Below are positions 1 to 7,844 of a DNA stretch of 45,460 nt, piece by piece. Origin of the DNA: a virus. Its lineage: Duplodnaviria > Caudoviricetes. The notes under the pieces were generated by a model. It saw only the letters and a program-made list of their open reading frames with translations. It did not search any database and was not told where the DNA came from. The position numbers and the translations under genes are program-made. Position 1 is the first letter of the stretch. Each line of letters begins with the position of its first letter. The stretch is from positions 1 to 45,460 of IMG/VR virus record IMGVR_UViG_3300008255_000024, one strand, 5' to 3'.

Positions 1-123
1 AGGTCTAGACCTATATTATCTCAATGCAGATGATGGTTGGTCATTACAAACTCTAGAGTTATTACCATTAGAATAAAAATATGGCATTTAAGAAGATTAA
101 AGCAGGACTTAAGAAGGCAGTTA
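1..123. repeat. Terminal overlap copy 1 (circular assembly overlap)
   Basis: Identical to 45338-45460; spans the end of the PD-(D/E)XK gene and the start of the 81..320 ORF. Confidence 0.97.
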
Positions 124-320
124 AGGTTGTCAAAGCAGTAGGCCAAGGCACCGCAGACTATAGCCGTAAGATGAAGGCTGTTGATTACGCAGCAACTAAG
201 ACAGCAGGAAAGTCTGGCTCACGTGTGACTGATGTTAAGAATCAACAAAAGGTTCGACAGACAGTGAAGAAGAAGCAGGGTCTCTCTCTGAAGAACTCAG
301 TGAAGAAGCGCCTTAAATAA
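81..320 (+). CDS. Small Lys-rich basic protein, possibly nucleic-acid binding
   Basis: 79 aa, very K/R-rich; ATG follows the exonuclease stop by a few nt. Confidence 0.65.
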   Translation: MAFKKIKAGLKKAVKVVKAVGQGTADYSRKMKAVDYAATKTAGKSGSRVTDVKNQQKVRQTVKKKQGLSLKNSVKKRLK

Positions 321-334
321 GGGTATTAAAGGGC

Positions 335-363
335 TTGACAAATCTAGCAGAATATGGTATAAT
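335..363 (+). promoter_or_regulatory. Sigma70-type promoter with extended -10
   Basis: TTGACA(335-340)-17 nt-TATAAT(358-363), TG at 355-356. Confidence 0.9.
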
Positions 364-569
364 AGTATATCAATTAATGCTGATTGATTTACAAGTTCTT
401 TGACAATGATAGCTATAAGCTCTCTATATAAGCTCCCTAAATAAGGAGCACCAATGAAAATTGGTGGGGGTTTGGAACGGTGGCCGTAGTGTCGCTCACT
501 AGGTACCATCCTACTACATCCCCACCAGCGTTTGCTGGACAAAATGATTTGTTCTTTAAGGAGTACGAA

Positions 570-758
570 ATGAAAGCTTCGCAAGTAAAAGCAGTTGAGG
601 TTAGCTTACCGCAAGGTGAGTGTTGTGTGTGCCACAAGAAACTGATAGCACCATGGGGTCGTAACGGACCTGATGGATTACAGTGGGTGTGTGGTAGCAC
701 GTGTCAATCAACCTACGATAAAGGAAAGGAGAGACGACATGCGATTCAAGATGGATGA
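570..758 (+). CDS. Small zinc-finger-like protein (62 aa)
   Basis: AAGGAG upstream of ATG570; CCVC...CGSTC cysteine pairs. Confidence 0.65.
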   Translation: MKASQVKAVEVSLPQGECCVCHKKLIAPWGRNGPDGLQWVCGSTCQSTYDKGKERRHAIQDG

Positions 759-924
759 CGATGGAAACTTCATAATGATATTCAGAGCAGATGAGGTAGA
801 CCTTGGTCTTGAGATTCTTCAAGCTATGGAGCCGAAGAGTGAAGCGGATGAGTTATCAATCCAAGATTGCATTGACTTACTACTTGCCTCAAATAATCTG
901 CACAAATTCAGAGTCATTAACTAA
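739..924 (+). CDS. Hypothetical acidic protein (61 aa)
   Basis: AAGGAG upstream of ATG739; overlaps previous ORF. Confidence 0.6.
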   Translation: MRFKMDDDGNFIMIFRADEVDLGLEILQAMEPKSEADELSIQDCIDLLLASNNLHKFRVIN

Positions 925-934
925 GGAGAAGTCT

Positions 935-1126
935 ATGAAAGTTCGTTACTGTGAGTGTGATGAGAAGGTTCTTATCACTGCTACCAATGGTTGCGTGGTT
1001 ATCCTGTTTGAGCCTGAGGAAAACTCTCGAGCTCATCAGGCATTGCGCCAGTTCATTCGTGATTCTAACTTTACTGTTCCGAATCTCGAGGTCCTTCCAA
1101 TGCATACTGAAGGAGAAGCATCATGA
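935..1126 (+). CDS. Hypothetical protein (63 aa)
   Basis: TAAGGAG upstream of ATG935; ATGA overlap with next ORF. Confidence 0.6.
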   Translation: MKVRYCECDEKVLITATNGCVVILFEPEENSRAHQALRQFIRDSNFTVPNLEVLPMHTEGEAS

Positions 1127-1386
1127 CACCTAGTGAAGTAGAAGAGCAGATACACCAAGTAGGGTGCCCGCCTGAGACTTATTTCAAGCGTGCTATGAAG
1201 TGGAAGTATAATCAGGACCACGATACGTATCTGGATTACCTGAAATATAACATCCACTACATCATCCCTGACTATGTTGCTGCCTATACGCTACATCTAC
1301 AACAAGCGAAACTCCGACGAGACGAGGAGACTCAAGAAGATGTTGGTGACGATATCTATCCAGTCATCCTCACCCGTGGCGATTAG
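1123..1386 (+). CDS. Hypothetical protein (87 aa)
   Basis: AAGGAG upstream; coupled start. Confidence 0.65.
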   Translation: MTPSEVEEQIHQVGCPPETYFKRAMKWKYNQDHDTYLDYLKYNIHYIIPDYVAAYTLHLQQAKLRRDEETQEDVGDDIYPVILTRGD

Positions 1387-1421
1387 CTGCATCTTTGGGC
1401 TATGAAAGGTAGCCCACTATT

Positions 1422-1491
1422 GGGGGCGCAAGGTTATGTACTCAAGACTAATGTCGGTTGTACTACGTGGGTTCGATTCCCACCGCCTCCA
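1422..1491 (+). ncRNA. tmRNA-like tRNA-like domain lacking the mRNA-like domain
   Basis: Acceptor GGGGGCG/CGCCTCC with G3:U70 and A73; T-arm GTGGG-TTCGATT-CCCAC; stemless GG-containing D-loop; short hairpin with 4-nt loop instead of an anticodon arm. Confidence 0.7.
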
Positions 1492-1611
1492 CATAACGTC
1501 GCTTAGCCCGTTCCTCAGATGTTCGGTGTCTAGTACCTCTGCTAGCAATAGCATGTCCGGCGGTAGGAGAGCAGACGTGTTCTCAGTGGTGAATATCAGT
1601 AGCCACACTAT

Positions 1612-1682
1612 TTGTGGTTACGCTAATGGTAAGCGACAAGACTCATAATCTTGCGAAAAGAGTTCGATTCTCTTGCCCCGAA
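1612..1682 (+). tRNA. tRNA with CAT anticodon (Met or Ile2), weak acceptor stem
   Basis: D-arm CGCT/AGCG; anticodon arm CAAGA-CTCATAA-TCTTG; T-arm AAGAG-TTCGATT-CTCTT; acceptor TTGTGGT/GCCCCGA has 2 U-G pairs and 1 mismatch; no encoded CCA. Confidence 0.75.
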
Positions 1683-1692
1683 CAACAAATAG

Positions 1693-1860
1693 TATCACTG
1701 TTTGAGTTCTAGGAACAGGTGGGGTTTCGACCCTGTCCCCAATCTATATTCATTGAGATGAAACTGGGGAGCTGGTAATGTAACGCCCTAAGCTATAAGT
1801 ATCGGGAGCTACCTCAGTGGTACCGAGGCTTACATTACACCTAGAACTCAGCTAGTGATA
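1693..1860 (+). ncRNA. Unclassified multibranch structured RNA candidate
   Basis: Closing stems TATCACT/AGTGATA and TGAGTTCTAGG/CCTAGAACTCA; branches ACAGG/CCTGT, CCCCA/TGGGG, GTAATGTAA/TTACATTAC. Confidence 0.6.
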
Positions 1861-1909
1861 GCTGTGTATGCTCAGGCCCCCTGGTGAAGCTGCCCATGGC
1901 CTGGGTTTC

Positions 1910-1977
1910 GGGTCTGACATTCGGAATGAGGAAGCTCTCCAAAAGCTTTCGACTCAGTTCGACTCTGAGCAGATTCG
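1910..1977 (+). tRNA. tRNA-Trp(CCA) with reduced D-arm
   Basis: Acceptor GGGTCTG/CAGATTC plus G73; AAGCT-CTCCAAA-AGCTT; T-arm CTCAG-TTCGACT-CTGAG; D-arm only CATT-CGG-AATG. Confidence 0.75.
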
Positions 1978-2101
1978 CAAACCACATCAAGAAGGATGTG
2001 GTCGCTCTTCCAGTTTATGTACTGGACTTGACTTCTTCGGACAGTCATGAAGCCTCATAGCATTGAGGCGGGGTTTAAGCTTATGGCTTATTTTATCTTC
2101 A

Positions 2102-2599
2102 ATGCTGACCAGACATTTCAAGCTCTGGTCAATTACAATTGTTCTTGCTATGGCACTGTTAAGTTCAGTGCCTAGTGTTTCGGGGCAGCAAGAGCCTATA
2201 TATATCCTAGACGAACAGCCAACTGCTGCTACGTCAACCCCGTTGACACCTGTACTAGAGGTGGAAGATTTCGTACCAATCACACATGTCCATAGTAAGG
2301 AAGAAGTTCCGAATGAAGACTATGTTGTTGGTCGTATCTTAGACATATTCCCAGACGCCCCAATCATGGTGGCTGTTGCTCGTTGCGAAAGCGAGCTCGA
2401 CCCATCAGCAGATAGGGCTAATCTTGGAGTGGATGTAGGTTTGTTCCAGATAAACCAAGTGCACCTAGATACCCTTGCATTGCACGGACTAGATAGGTGG
2501 GATTTGGAGGACAACATTACATATGCCAGAATGCTTTATGATGAATCAGGGTTAGGTCCTTGGTACATGAGTAGGCATTGCTGGAGCCAGTACTTATAG
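2102..2599 (+). CDS. Lytic transglycosylase (SLT/lysozyme-like) with N-terminal signal or anchor
   Basis: VARCES catalytic Glu motif, GLFQIN, C-terminal GLGPW; hydrophobic N-terminus; ATG2102 preferred over TTG2063. Confidence 0.8.
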   Translation: MLTRHFKLWSITIVLAMALLSSVPSVSGQQEPIYILDEQPTAATSTPLTPVLEVEDFVPITHVHSKEEVPNEDYVVGRILDIFPDAPIMVAVARCESELDPSADRANLGVDVGLFQINQVHLDTLALHGLDRWDLEDNITYARMLYDESGLGPWYMSRHCWSQYL

Positions 2600-2617
2600 G
2601 CTGGCAGAGGGAAGTCA

Positions 2618-2745
2618 ACTGGTGGTTGGCCTTTAGCACGGAAAATTAAGATACCACGGCAACGACTCGTGAATAGAGTAACTCGATTACTCATACGTGG
2701 GAGAAATATCGGAACTCCTATCTGTGCTAAATGCTGACCGCCAGT
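2618..2745 (+). ncRNA. Unclassified long-stem structured RNA candidate
   Basis: ACTGGTGGTTGGC/GCTGACCGCCAGT and TTTAGCACGG/CTGTGCTAAA stems with G-U pairs; inner CCACG/CGTGG, GAGTAA/TTACTC. Confidence 0.6.
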
Positions 2746-2756
2746 AACAACACATA

Positions 2757-3470
2757 ATGAAAATACTATATTTCGATTTAGAAAATACCCCAATCCTCGG
2801 AAGAGCCTGGGGTACTTATAACACAGACTTACTCTCAATAGAGAAGTACTCTGAACTTCTAAGTGTTGCTTACAAGCTAGACGATGGACCTACAAAGGTT
2901 GTATCGAGACGGGAATATACTGAGCGCCAACTCACCAAGTTACTTTGGGGGTTATTTAACGACGCTGATGTTATTGTCGGTCAGAATGGTGATAAGTTTG
3001 ATATCAAGGTAGCGAACAAGTTCTTTATCAAGTATCGAATGAAACCACCAGCTCCGTACAAAACTGTAGACACACTAAAGCTAGCAAAGAAGCACTTTAG
3101 ATTCGATAGCAACAAGCTAGATTACCTAGCCCACTTCTTGTTTGGTGAAAAGAAACACCACACAAACTATGGGTTATGGGATGCTTGTATGAGAGGAGAA
3201 ACAAAAGCTCTTGTTGAGATGGAGGAGTACAACAAGCAGGATGTTGACCTGCTGTATAAATTATATCAACACCTTAAGCCGTGGCATACAGGCCACCCCA
3301 ATTCTAATGTGTACTTAGGTACAACACACCAATGTCCTGTCTGTGGTGGGAACACCCAACGTAGAGGATTTATGGTAACTAGAACAGGGAAGTACCAGCG
3401 CTATCAGTGCACGACTTGTGCAGCCTGGTCTAAGGGAAGTAAGATTACAAGCCCTAAAGTTATATCATGA
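2757..3470 (+). CDS. RNase H-like/DnaQ-fold 3'-5' exonuclease with C-terminal zinc ribbon
   Basis: ExoI FDLEN, ExoII QNGDKFD, ExoIII YNKQD; CPVC...CTTC. Confidence 0.85.
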   Translation: MKILYFDLENTPILGRAWGTYNTDLLSIEKYSELLSVAYKLDDGPTKVVSRREYTERQLTKLLWGLFNDADVIVGQNGDKFDIKVANKFFIKYRMKPPAPYKTVDTLKLAKKHFRFDSNKLDYLAHFLFGEKKHHTNYGLWDACMRGETKALVEMEEYNKQDVDLLYKLYQHLKPWHTGHPNSNVYLGTTHQCPVCGGNTQRRGFMVTRTGKYQRYQCTTCAAWSKGSKITSPKVIS

Positions 3471-4030
3471 TTATTGGAATCTGTGGCTACAAAGGAACAG
3501 GCAAGAGTACTGTCGCTGAATACCTGGCGAAGAACCATAAGTTCAAGCGGGTAAACTTTAAAGATGGACTTGTTGCTGAGATGAAGGAACGGTTTCCAAA
3601 TACAATTAAGCAGATTGGTAGTTTGATTGGGGAGCTGAATGCCAGACAAGATTACACTGAAGATGAGTTGTTTGCTATTAAGCCAACCACATTCCGTGCC
3701 TTTATGCAGGAGTATGGGACAGAGGTGCGTCGGGCTGACAACCAAGACTACTGGGTAGACAAATGGAAAGCAACAGTAGAGGAAATGAAAGGCAATATTG
3801 TTACTGACGATGTGAGATTCTTTAATGAGCTCGCAGCAATTGGTGACTTGGATGGCATCCTTATCAGAGTTACTAGACCAGACGTTACCTCTGGTGGTAC
3901 ACACCAATCTGAAACAGAACAAGAAAAGTTTATAGAGGACTTCACTATCAATGGTGAGCCTGGAGACCACGCTTCAATCTATAAACAAATAGATGAAATT
4001 ATTAACACACTTAAATCTAATACAGACTAG
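3467..4030 (+). CDS. Deoxynucleoside monophosphate kinase
   Basis: P-loop GYKGTGKS, R.FMQEYGTE, DDVRFFNE, HQSE. Confidence 0.88.
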   Translation: MIIGICGYKGTGKSTVAEYLAKNHKFKRVNFKDGLVAEMKERFPNTIKQIGSLIGELNARQDYTEDELFAIKPTTFRAFMQEYGTEVRRADNQDYWVDKWKATVEEMKGNIVTDDVRFFNELAAIGDLDGILIRVTRPDVTSGGTHQSETEQEKFIEDFTINGEPGDHASIYKQIDEIINTLKSNTD

Positions 4031-4237
4031 ATGACAAAAGTAACCAAACCAAAAGTACAAGGCTACTCAATAATGATTGGTCTTGAGAAGACTCTCATCC
4101 GAACGATTATTATCGCGGGCCCATTAATGCTCACTATTCTTCCTGAAGCATGGATGAACATGACGCTAGGTGCAGTAGTCACCTTCTTAGTTAACCTAGC
4201 TAAGAACTACGACCTCGATGAGAAGAACCAAGCTTAG
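4031..4237 (+). CDS. Small membrane protein, holin candidate
   Basis: Two hydrophobic segments; near endolysin. Confidence 0.45.
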   Translation: MTKVTKPKVQGYSIMIGLEKTLIRTIIIAGPLMLTILPEAWMNMTLGAVVTFLVNLAKNYDLDEKNQA

Positions 4238-4766
4238 ACGGGTCAGTAAGTCACCTCTAGCTAAGGCTAAGACAAGGCTATGGAAGACCTTGAAACAGGT
4301 GCTAGATATTAGAGATGGGGAAACCTGCATATCTTGCGGTGTGACTGGTATAACAGGACACAATAAGCATGGCGGGCACTTCTTACCCTCTTCTTCATGT
4401 GGTGGATTCTTAAGGTACGACCTACGTAACGTACACAATCAATGTTTACGTTGCAATATGTACATGTCAGGAGCCACTGTTGACTACATGATTTCTCTTG
4501 AGAAGAAGTACGGTCGAGAGTTTGTTGATAAGATACTGGCTCAGCGTGGTACAGATATCAAGCTTGATGTGCAGTATCTCGAAACTCTTACTACGTTCTA
4601 CGAAGGATTACTTACTAAGAACCGTGACCAGTTACTAAAGTTAACGAAAAATTACAACGGATTTATAAATGAAACTGAAACTAATAACGACGGACCCAAC
4701 CCTGAAGTCGTGGCAAAGCCTGCAAAGCAAGCTAGGTCTCGTAAGAAAAACACTGGAGACAATTAA
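4218..4766 (+). CDS. ninG: NinG/Rap-like HNH recombination endonuclease
   Basis: IRD...CISC, HGGHF, LRYDLRNVHNQCLRCN, KYG pattern. Confidence 0.85.
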   Translation: MRRTKLRRVSKSPLAKAKTRLWKTLKQVLDIRDGETCISCGVTGITGHNKHGGHFLPSSSCGGFLRYDLRNVHNQCLRCNMYMSGATVDYMISLEKKYGREFVDKILAQRGTDIKLDVQYLETLTTFYEGLLTKNRDQLLKLTKNYNGFINETETNNDGPNPEVVAKPAKQARSRKKNTGDN

Positions 4767-5637
4767 GAATGTAAGCCCAGTATCTATTGAGGTCATTACA
4801 CGTACTGACCTAAAGCCAACAGTTAAGAACTCAAGAATCACCCATCCATTCATGGAGTCTCTCACAAAAGAGTATACAAAGGATGGTGAAGCGTTTATTG
4901 TGTTCCATATGTCAGAGGCATTCAGAAAGAAATTCGGTATCCAACCAACACTACGTGGCGCAGCGTTCAACGATGATAACTTCTACAGCGAGGCTTACTT
5001 CTGGGCAGATGAGAATACTAAGCGTAACAAGCACAACCAATTCATAGAGACTATGCTGCACGAAATCAGTCACCTTCTATTCCATAGGTCAGGAAAGAAA
5101 GATATTACTCATGATTGGCATGAGAGGGAGGGTACCATACGTGGCATATTTAAGACGCATGATTACCGCCAATACCAAGTCGGTATTCTACAGAAGATAT
5201 CGTCTTGGATAAAGAACAAGTACGGCTCGCCGAAGGTACAACCATTGGTAGAACGAAAGGCACTTAATGTCGTTAAAGAAATGCTGGCGCTAGGCCACGT
5301 TGTCCATGTCTTTGAAGGCTATCGTACGCCTGCTAGGCAAGACTATCTATACCAACAGGGTCGTACAAGACCTGGTGACATCGTAACTAATCTTCGCGGT
5401 GGTGAATCACTGCATAACTACGGAGTTGCTGTCGACATTGTGTTCGGTCCAGAGGGACACCCATCTTGGAACCCAAAGGAACCATGGCTACTATTGGGAA
5501 CAATAGGTAAGAAGCATGGCTTCGAGTGGGGAGGAGATTGGTCGGGGTGGAAAGACATGCCACACTTCGAGATGACTCTCGAGTACACAATAGATGATTT
5601 TAAGAGCAAGAGAGTAGACTATACAAAATTCCTATGA
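4669..5637 (+). CDS. Endolysin: N-terminal HExxH metallopeptidase-like domain plus C-terminal M15 peptidase
   Basis: MLHEISH; EGYRT..RQ..LY.QGRT, SLHNYGVAVD, EWGGDW, DMPHFE. Confidence 0.85.
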   Translation: MKLKLITTDPTLKSWQSLQSKLGLVRKTLETIKNVSPVSIEVITRTDLKPTVKNSRITHPFMESLTKEYTKDGEAFIVFHMSEAFRKKFGIQPTLRGAAFNDDNFYSEAYFWADENTKRNKHNQFIETMLHEISHLLFHRSGKKDITHDWHEREGTIRGIFKTHDYRQYQVGILQKISSWIKNKYGSPKVQPLVERKALNVVKEMLALGHVVHVFEGYRTPARQDYLYQQGRTRPGDIVTNLRGGESLHNYGVAVDIVFGPEGHPSWNPKEPWLLLGTIGKKHGFEWGGDWSGWKDMPHFEMTLEYTIDDFKSKRVDYTKFL

Positions 5638-7163
5638 GTAAGATTATAACAAAGTTTGACCCAGAGTTAGTTAAGCGTGCGGTTGATAGGATTGCAGACC
5701 CTATCGTTCAGACACTAACCCCCATGGGGAATAATGTTTTGTTTGAAAAGGAATTCCATTCCTTGATTACGAACGACGGCTCAACGATAGCTAAGCTCAT
5801 TGACTCTGAAGACGAAACCGAAGATGCTATCATCCAGATGGTGAAGTATGGCTCACTAGCCACCAACCAAGCTGCTGGAGATGGCACTAGTACCACTGTT
5901 CTTCTCACAAAGAAGCTGGTGGACATGGGTGTAGAGCGTATCAAGGCTGGCACAAAGCCTATGGCACTCAAGAAGGAGTACACTGACCTGAAGAACGCTA
6001 TCATCGAGGCCTCCCTTAAACATAAGCATGATGTATCAAAGGATGAGTGGTTTGATATCGCGATGATATCCTCAGGCGGTGATGACGTTCTTGCTGAGAA
6101 CGTTGTTGAGATTATAGACACGGCTGGCGTTGACGGCATGGTATTCCTTAACGAGTCAAAGACCGAGAACACTCGTATCATTAAGGATTCTGGTTACATG
6201 CTGGAGCAAACTATGTTTGACCCAGTACTTGGAAATGTGTCACAGGGTAGGGCTGACTACACTAAGCCGTATGTATTCGTAACGGACAAGAAACTCTACC
6301 ACATAGAAGAGTGTCGAGAGATTCTAGAGACAGCCTTTAAGGTGGGGGCGAAGGAGGTAGTGATTGTCGCCCGCGACTTTCTTGGGGAATCAGCTGGCTT
6401 CCTCATCTCTAACCATCTCGATGAGAAGGTACCACTTAAGGTGCTGATGATTAAGTACCCAACACCTGACAACAACCATGTTGGTCTCTATGACCTTGCT
6501 ACATACCTCGGTGGGCATGTCGTCACAGAGAAACGTGGTTCATTGAAAGGTAAACTAACTGCCGATGACTACGTTCTATCAGAAAGAGTCTACTCACACG
6601 GACCAAAGACAATCTTTGTAACTGAGAACAAGACAAATCCTGAGTTGTCAATGCTGATTCAGGAGGTTCGTTCAAAGAAAGAAGAGGACCCAACCGATGA
6701 CAGCCTTGCTAAACGACTAGCCTCGTTAACAGCAGGTACAGTTAACCTTGAGGTTGGAGCTGCTACAGGTCCTGAGTTACGAGAGTTAATCTTTAGATAT
6801 GAAGATGCGATTAATGCAACGCGTGCTGCGATTCGTAGCGGCTACGTTGTTGGTGGTGGCCTTACTCTCTTTAATGTTACGAGGGATTTGGGTGAACTAG
6901 GTAAAGAGTTTGGGCTTGCGTCTGTACAGCAGATTGCACTCAACTGTGGTGTTGACTTCTCAGTCAAGGACTACAGTGGTACGGTTGGCTACAATGCCAA
7001 GACAGACAGCTTCTCTGACCTAGAAGCAGATGGTGTCATTGAACCATACGATGTATTCAAGTACTCAGTAATCAATGCGTTTAGTATTGCAATTGCAATC
7101 TTAACATCAGGATTTATCATCACTAATAAAATAAAGAAAGACAATGGAAAATGCAACTGTTGA
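5634..7163 (+). CDS. groEL: Phage GroEL-like chaperonin
   Basis: TLTPMG, ITNDGSTIA, AGDGTSTT, EDAINATRAA, GYVVGGG, GYNA; 509 aa, no GGM tail. Confidence 0.93.
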   Translation: MSKIITKFDPELVKRAVDRIADPIVQTLTPMGNNVLFEKEFHSLITNDGSTIAKLIDSEDETEDAIIQMVKYGSLATNQAAGDGTSTTVLLTKKLVDMGVERIKAGTKPMALKKEYTDLKNAIIEASLKHKHDVSKDEWFDIAMISSGGDDVLAENVVEIIDTAGVDGMVFLNESKTENTRIIKDSGYMLEQTMFDPVLGNVSQGRADYTKPYVFVTDKKLYHIEECREILETAFKVGAKEVVIVARDFLGESAGFLISNHLDEKVPLKVLMIKYPTPDNNHVGLYDLATYLGGHVVTEKRGSLKGKLTADDYVLSERVYSHGPKTIFVTENKTNPELSMLIQEVRSKKEEDPTDDSLAKRLASLTAGTVNLEVGAATGPELRELIFRYEDAINATRAAIRSGYVVGGGLTLFNVTRDLGELGKEFGLASVQQIALNCGVDFSVKDYSGTVGYNAKTDSFSDLEADGVIEPYDVFKYSVINAFSIAIAILTSGFIITNKIKKDNGKCNC

Positions 7164-7410
7164 AGAGACTACTAATCTAGAGGCTGAGACACAGAAACGA
7201 ATCTCTGAACGTATCCAAGAAGTGCTTGAGGCTGAGGGTTATGCTCTACAGCCGTTCATCCAGTACTCTGAGTTCGGACTTGTGCCTCGTGTACGCTTAG
7301 TAGCCATTAAACAAAAAGATAATGATGGACAAACAGACAATCCAGCAGACTCTGGAGAGACTAAAGCAGAAGACACAGATACTCCAGTTGAACCAGCACA
7401 AGACGCTTAG
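7144..7410 (+). CDS. Hypothetical acidic protein, probable paralog of 7671..7844
   Basis: Between groEL and groES; motif I..(V/L)L...GY.L.P. Confidence 0.65.
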   Translation: MENATVEETTNLEAETQKRISERIQEVLEAEGYALQPFIQYSEFGLVPRVRLVAIKQKDNDGQTDNPADSGETKAEDTDTPVEPAQDA

Positions 7411-7645
7411 TGACTACGTAATAGTTGTCCCTGTTGATATCCAAGAGCCAGGAGTTACTAGTCGTGCCTCACAGTTTGAGGACCGACCAGAGATTGGACT
7501 TGTCGTCGGAGCTGGACCACTAGCTGAAGGTGTCGAGATAGGTAATGTTGTCTTCTTTGGGCGGTACTCACACGTACAACTCACACACGATGATGTCATC
7601 TATCTAATCATGAGGCTAGAAGATATATACTGCATAGCTGAATAG
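7322..7645 (+). CDS. groES: GroES-like co-chaperonin
   Basis: DYVIV, GLVVGAGP, VEIGNVVFFGRYS, YLIMRLEDIYC match the Cpn10 pattern. Confidence 0.88.
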   Translation: MMDKQTIQQTLERLKQKTQILQLNQHKTLSDYVIVVPVDIQEPGVTSRASQFEDRPEIGLVVGAGPLAEGVEIGNVVFFGRYSHVQLTHDDVIYLIMRLEDIYCIAE

Positions 7646-7670
7646 TTTAGTATTAACTAACAGAATAGAT

Positions 7671-7844
7671 ATGAATGAACCAATCTTGAGTGCCTATGAA
7701 GATGAGCAGGTCAAGCTGGATGAGATGACCGAGGAGGTCGGTGAACTCTGGCTGGACATTGCCTCTCTTCTTAGAGAGAAGGGCTACAAGCTGCGACCAA
7801 TCCTTGTGAATGGTCTACCAGATGTAGTTATCTCCAAACTATAG
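7671..7844 (+). CDS. Hypothetical acidic protein (57 aa, below ORF-track cutoff)
   Basis: Manual translation MNEPILSAYEDEQ...IASLLREKGYKLRPILVNGLPDVVISKL. Confidence 0.65.
   Translation: MNEPILSAYEDEQVKLDEMTEEVGELWLDIASLLREKGYKLRPILVNGLPDVVISKL

Noticed and set aside
1-123. Biological direct terminal repeat
   Set aside because: The exact 123-nt overlap cuts through two genes, typical of assembler circularisation rather than physical ends
1422-1491. Ordinary tRNA-Ala or permuted two-piece tmRNA
   Set aside because: No D-stem or 7-nt anticodon loop; the halves are in normal order with no separate coding piece seen
1498-1560. HDV-like/theta ribozyme after the tRNA-like RNA (CGT-TCCTCAG-ATG resembles P3/L3)
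   Set aside because: Could not build convincing P1, P2 and J4/2 elements by eye
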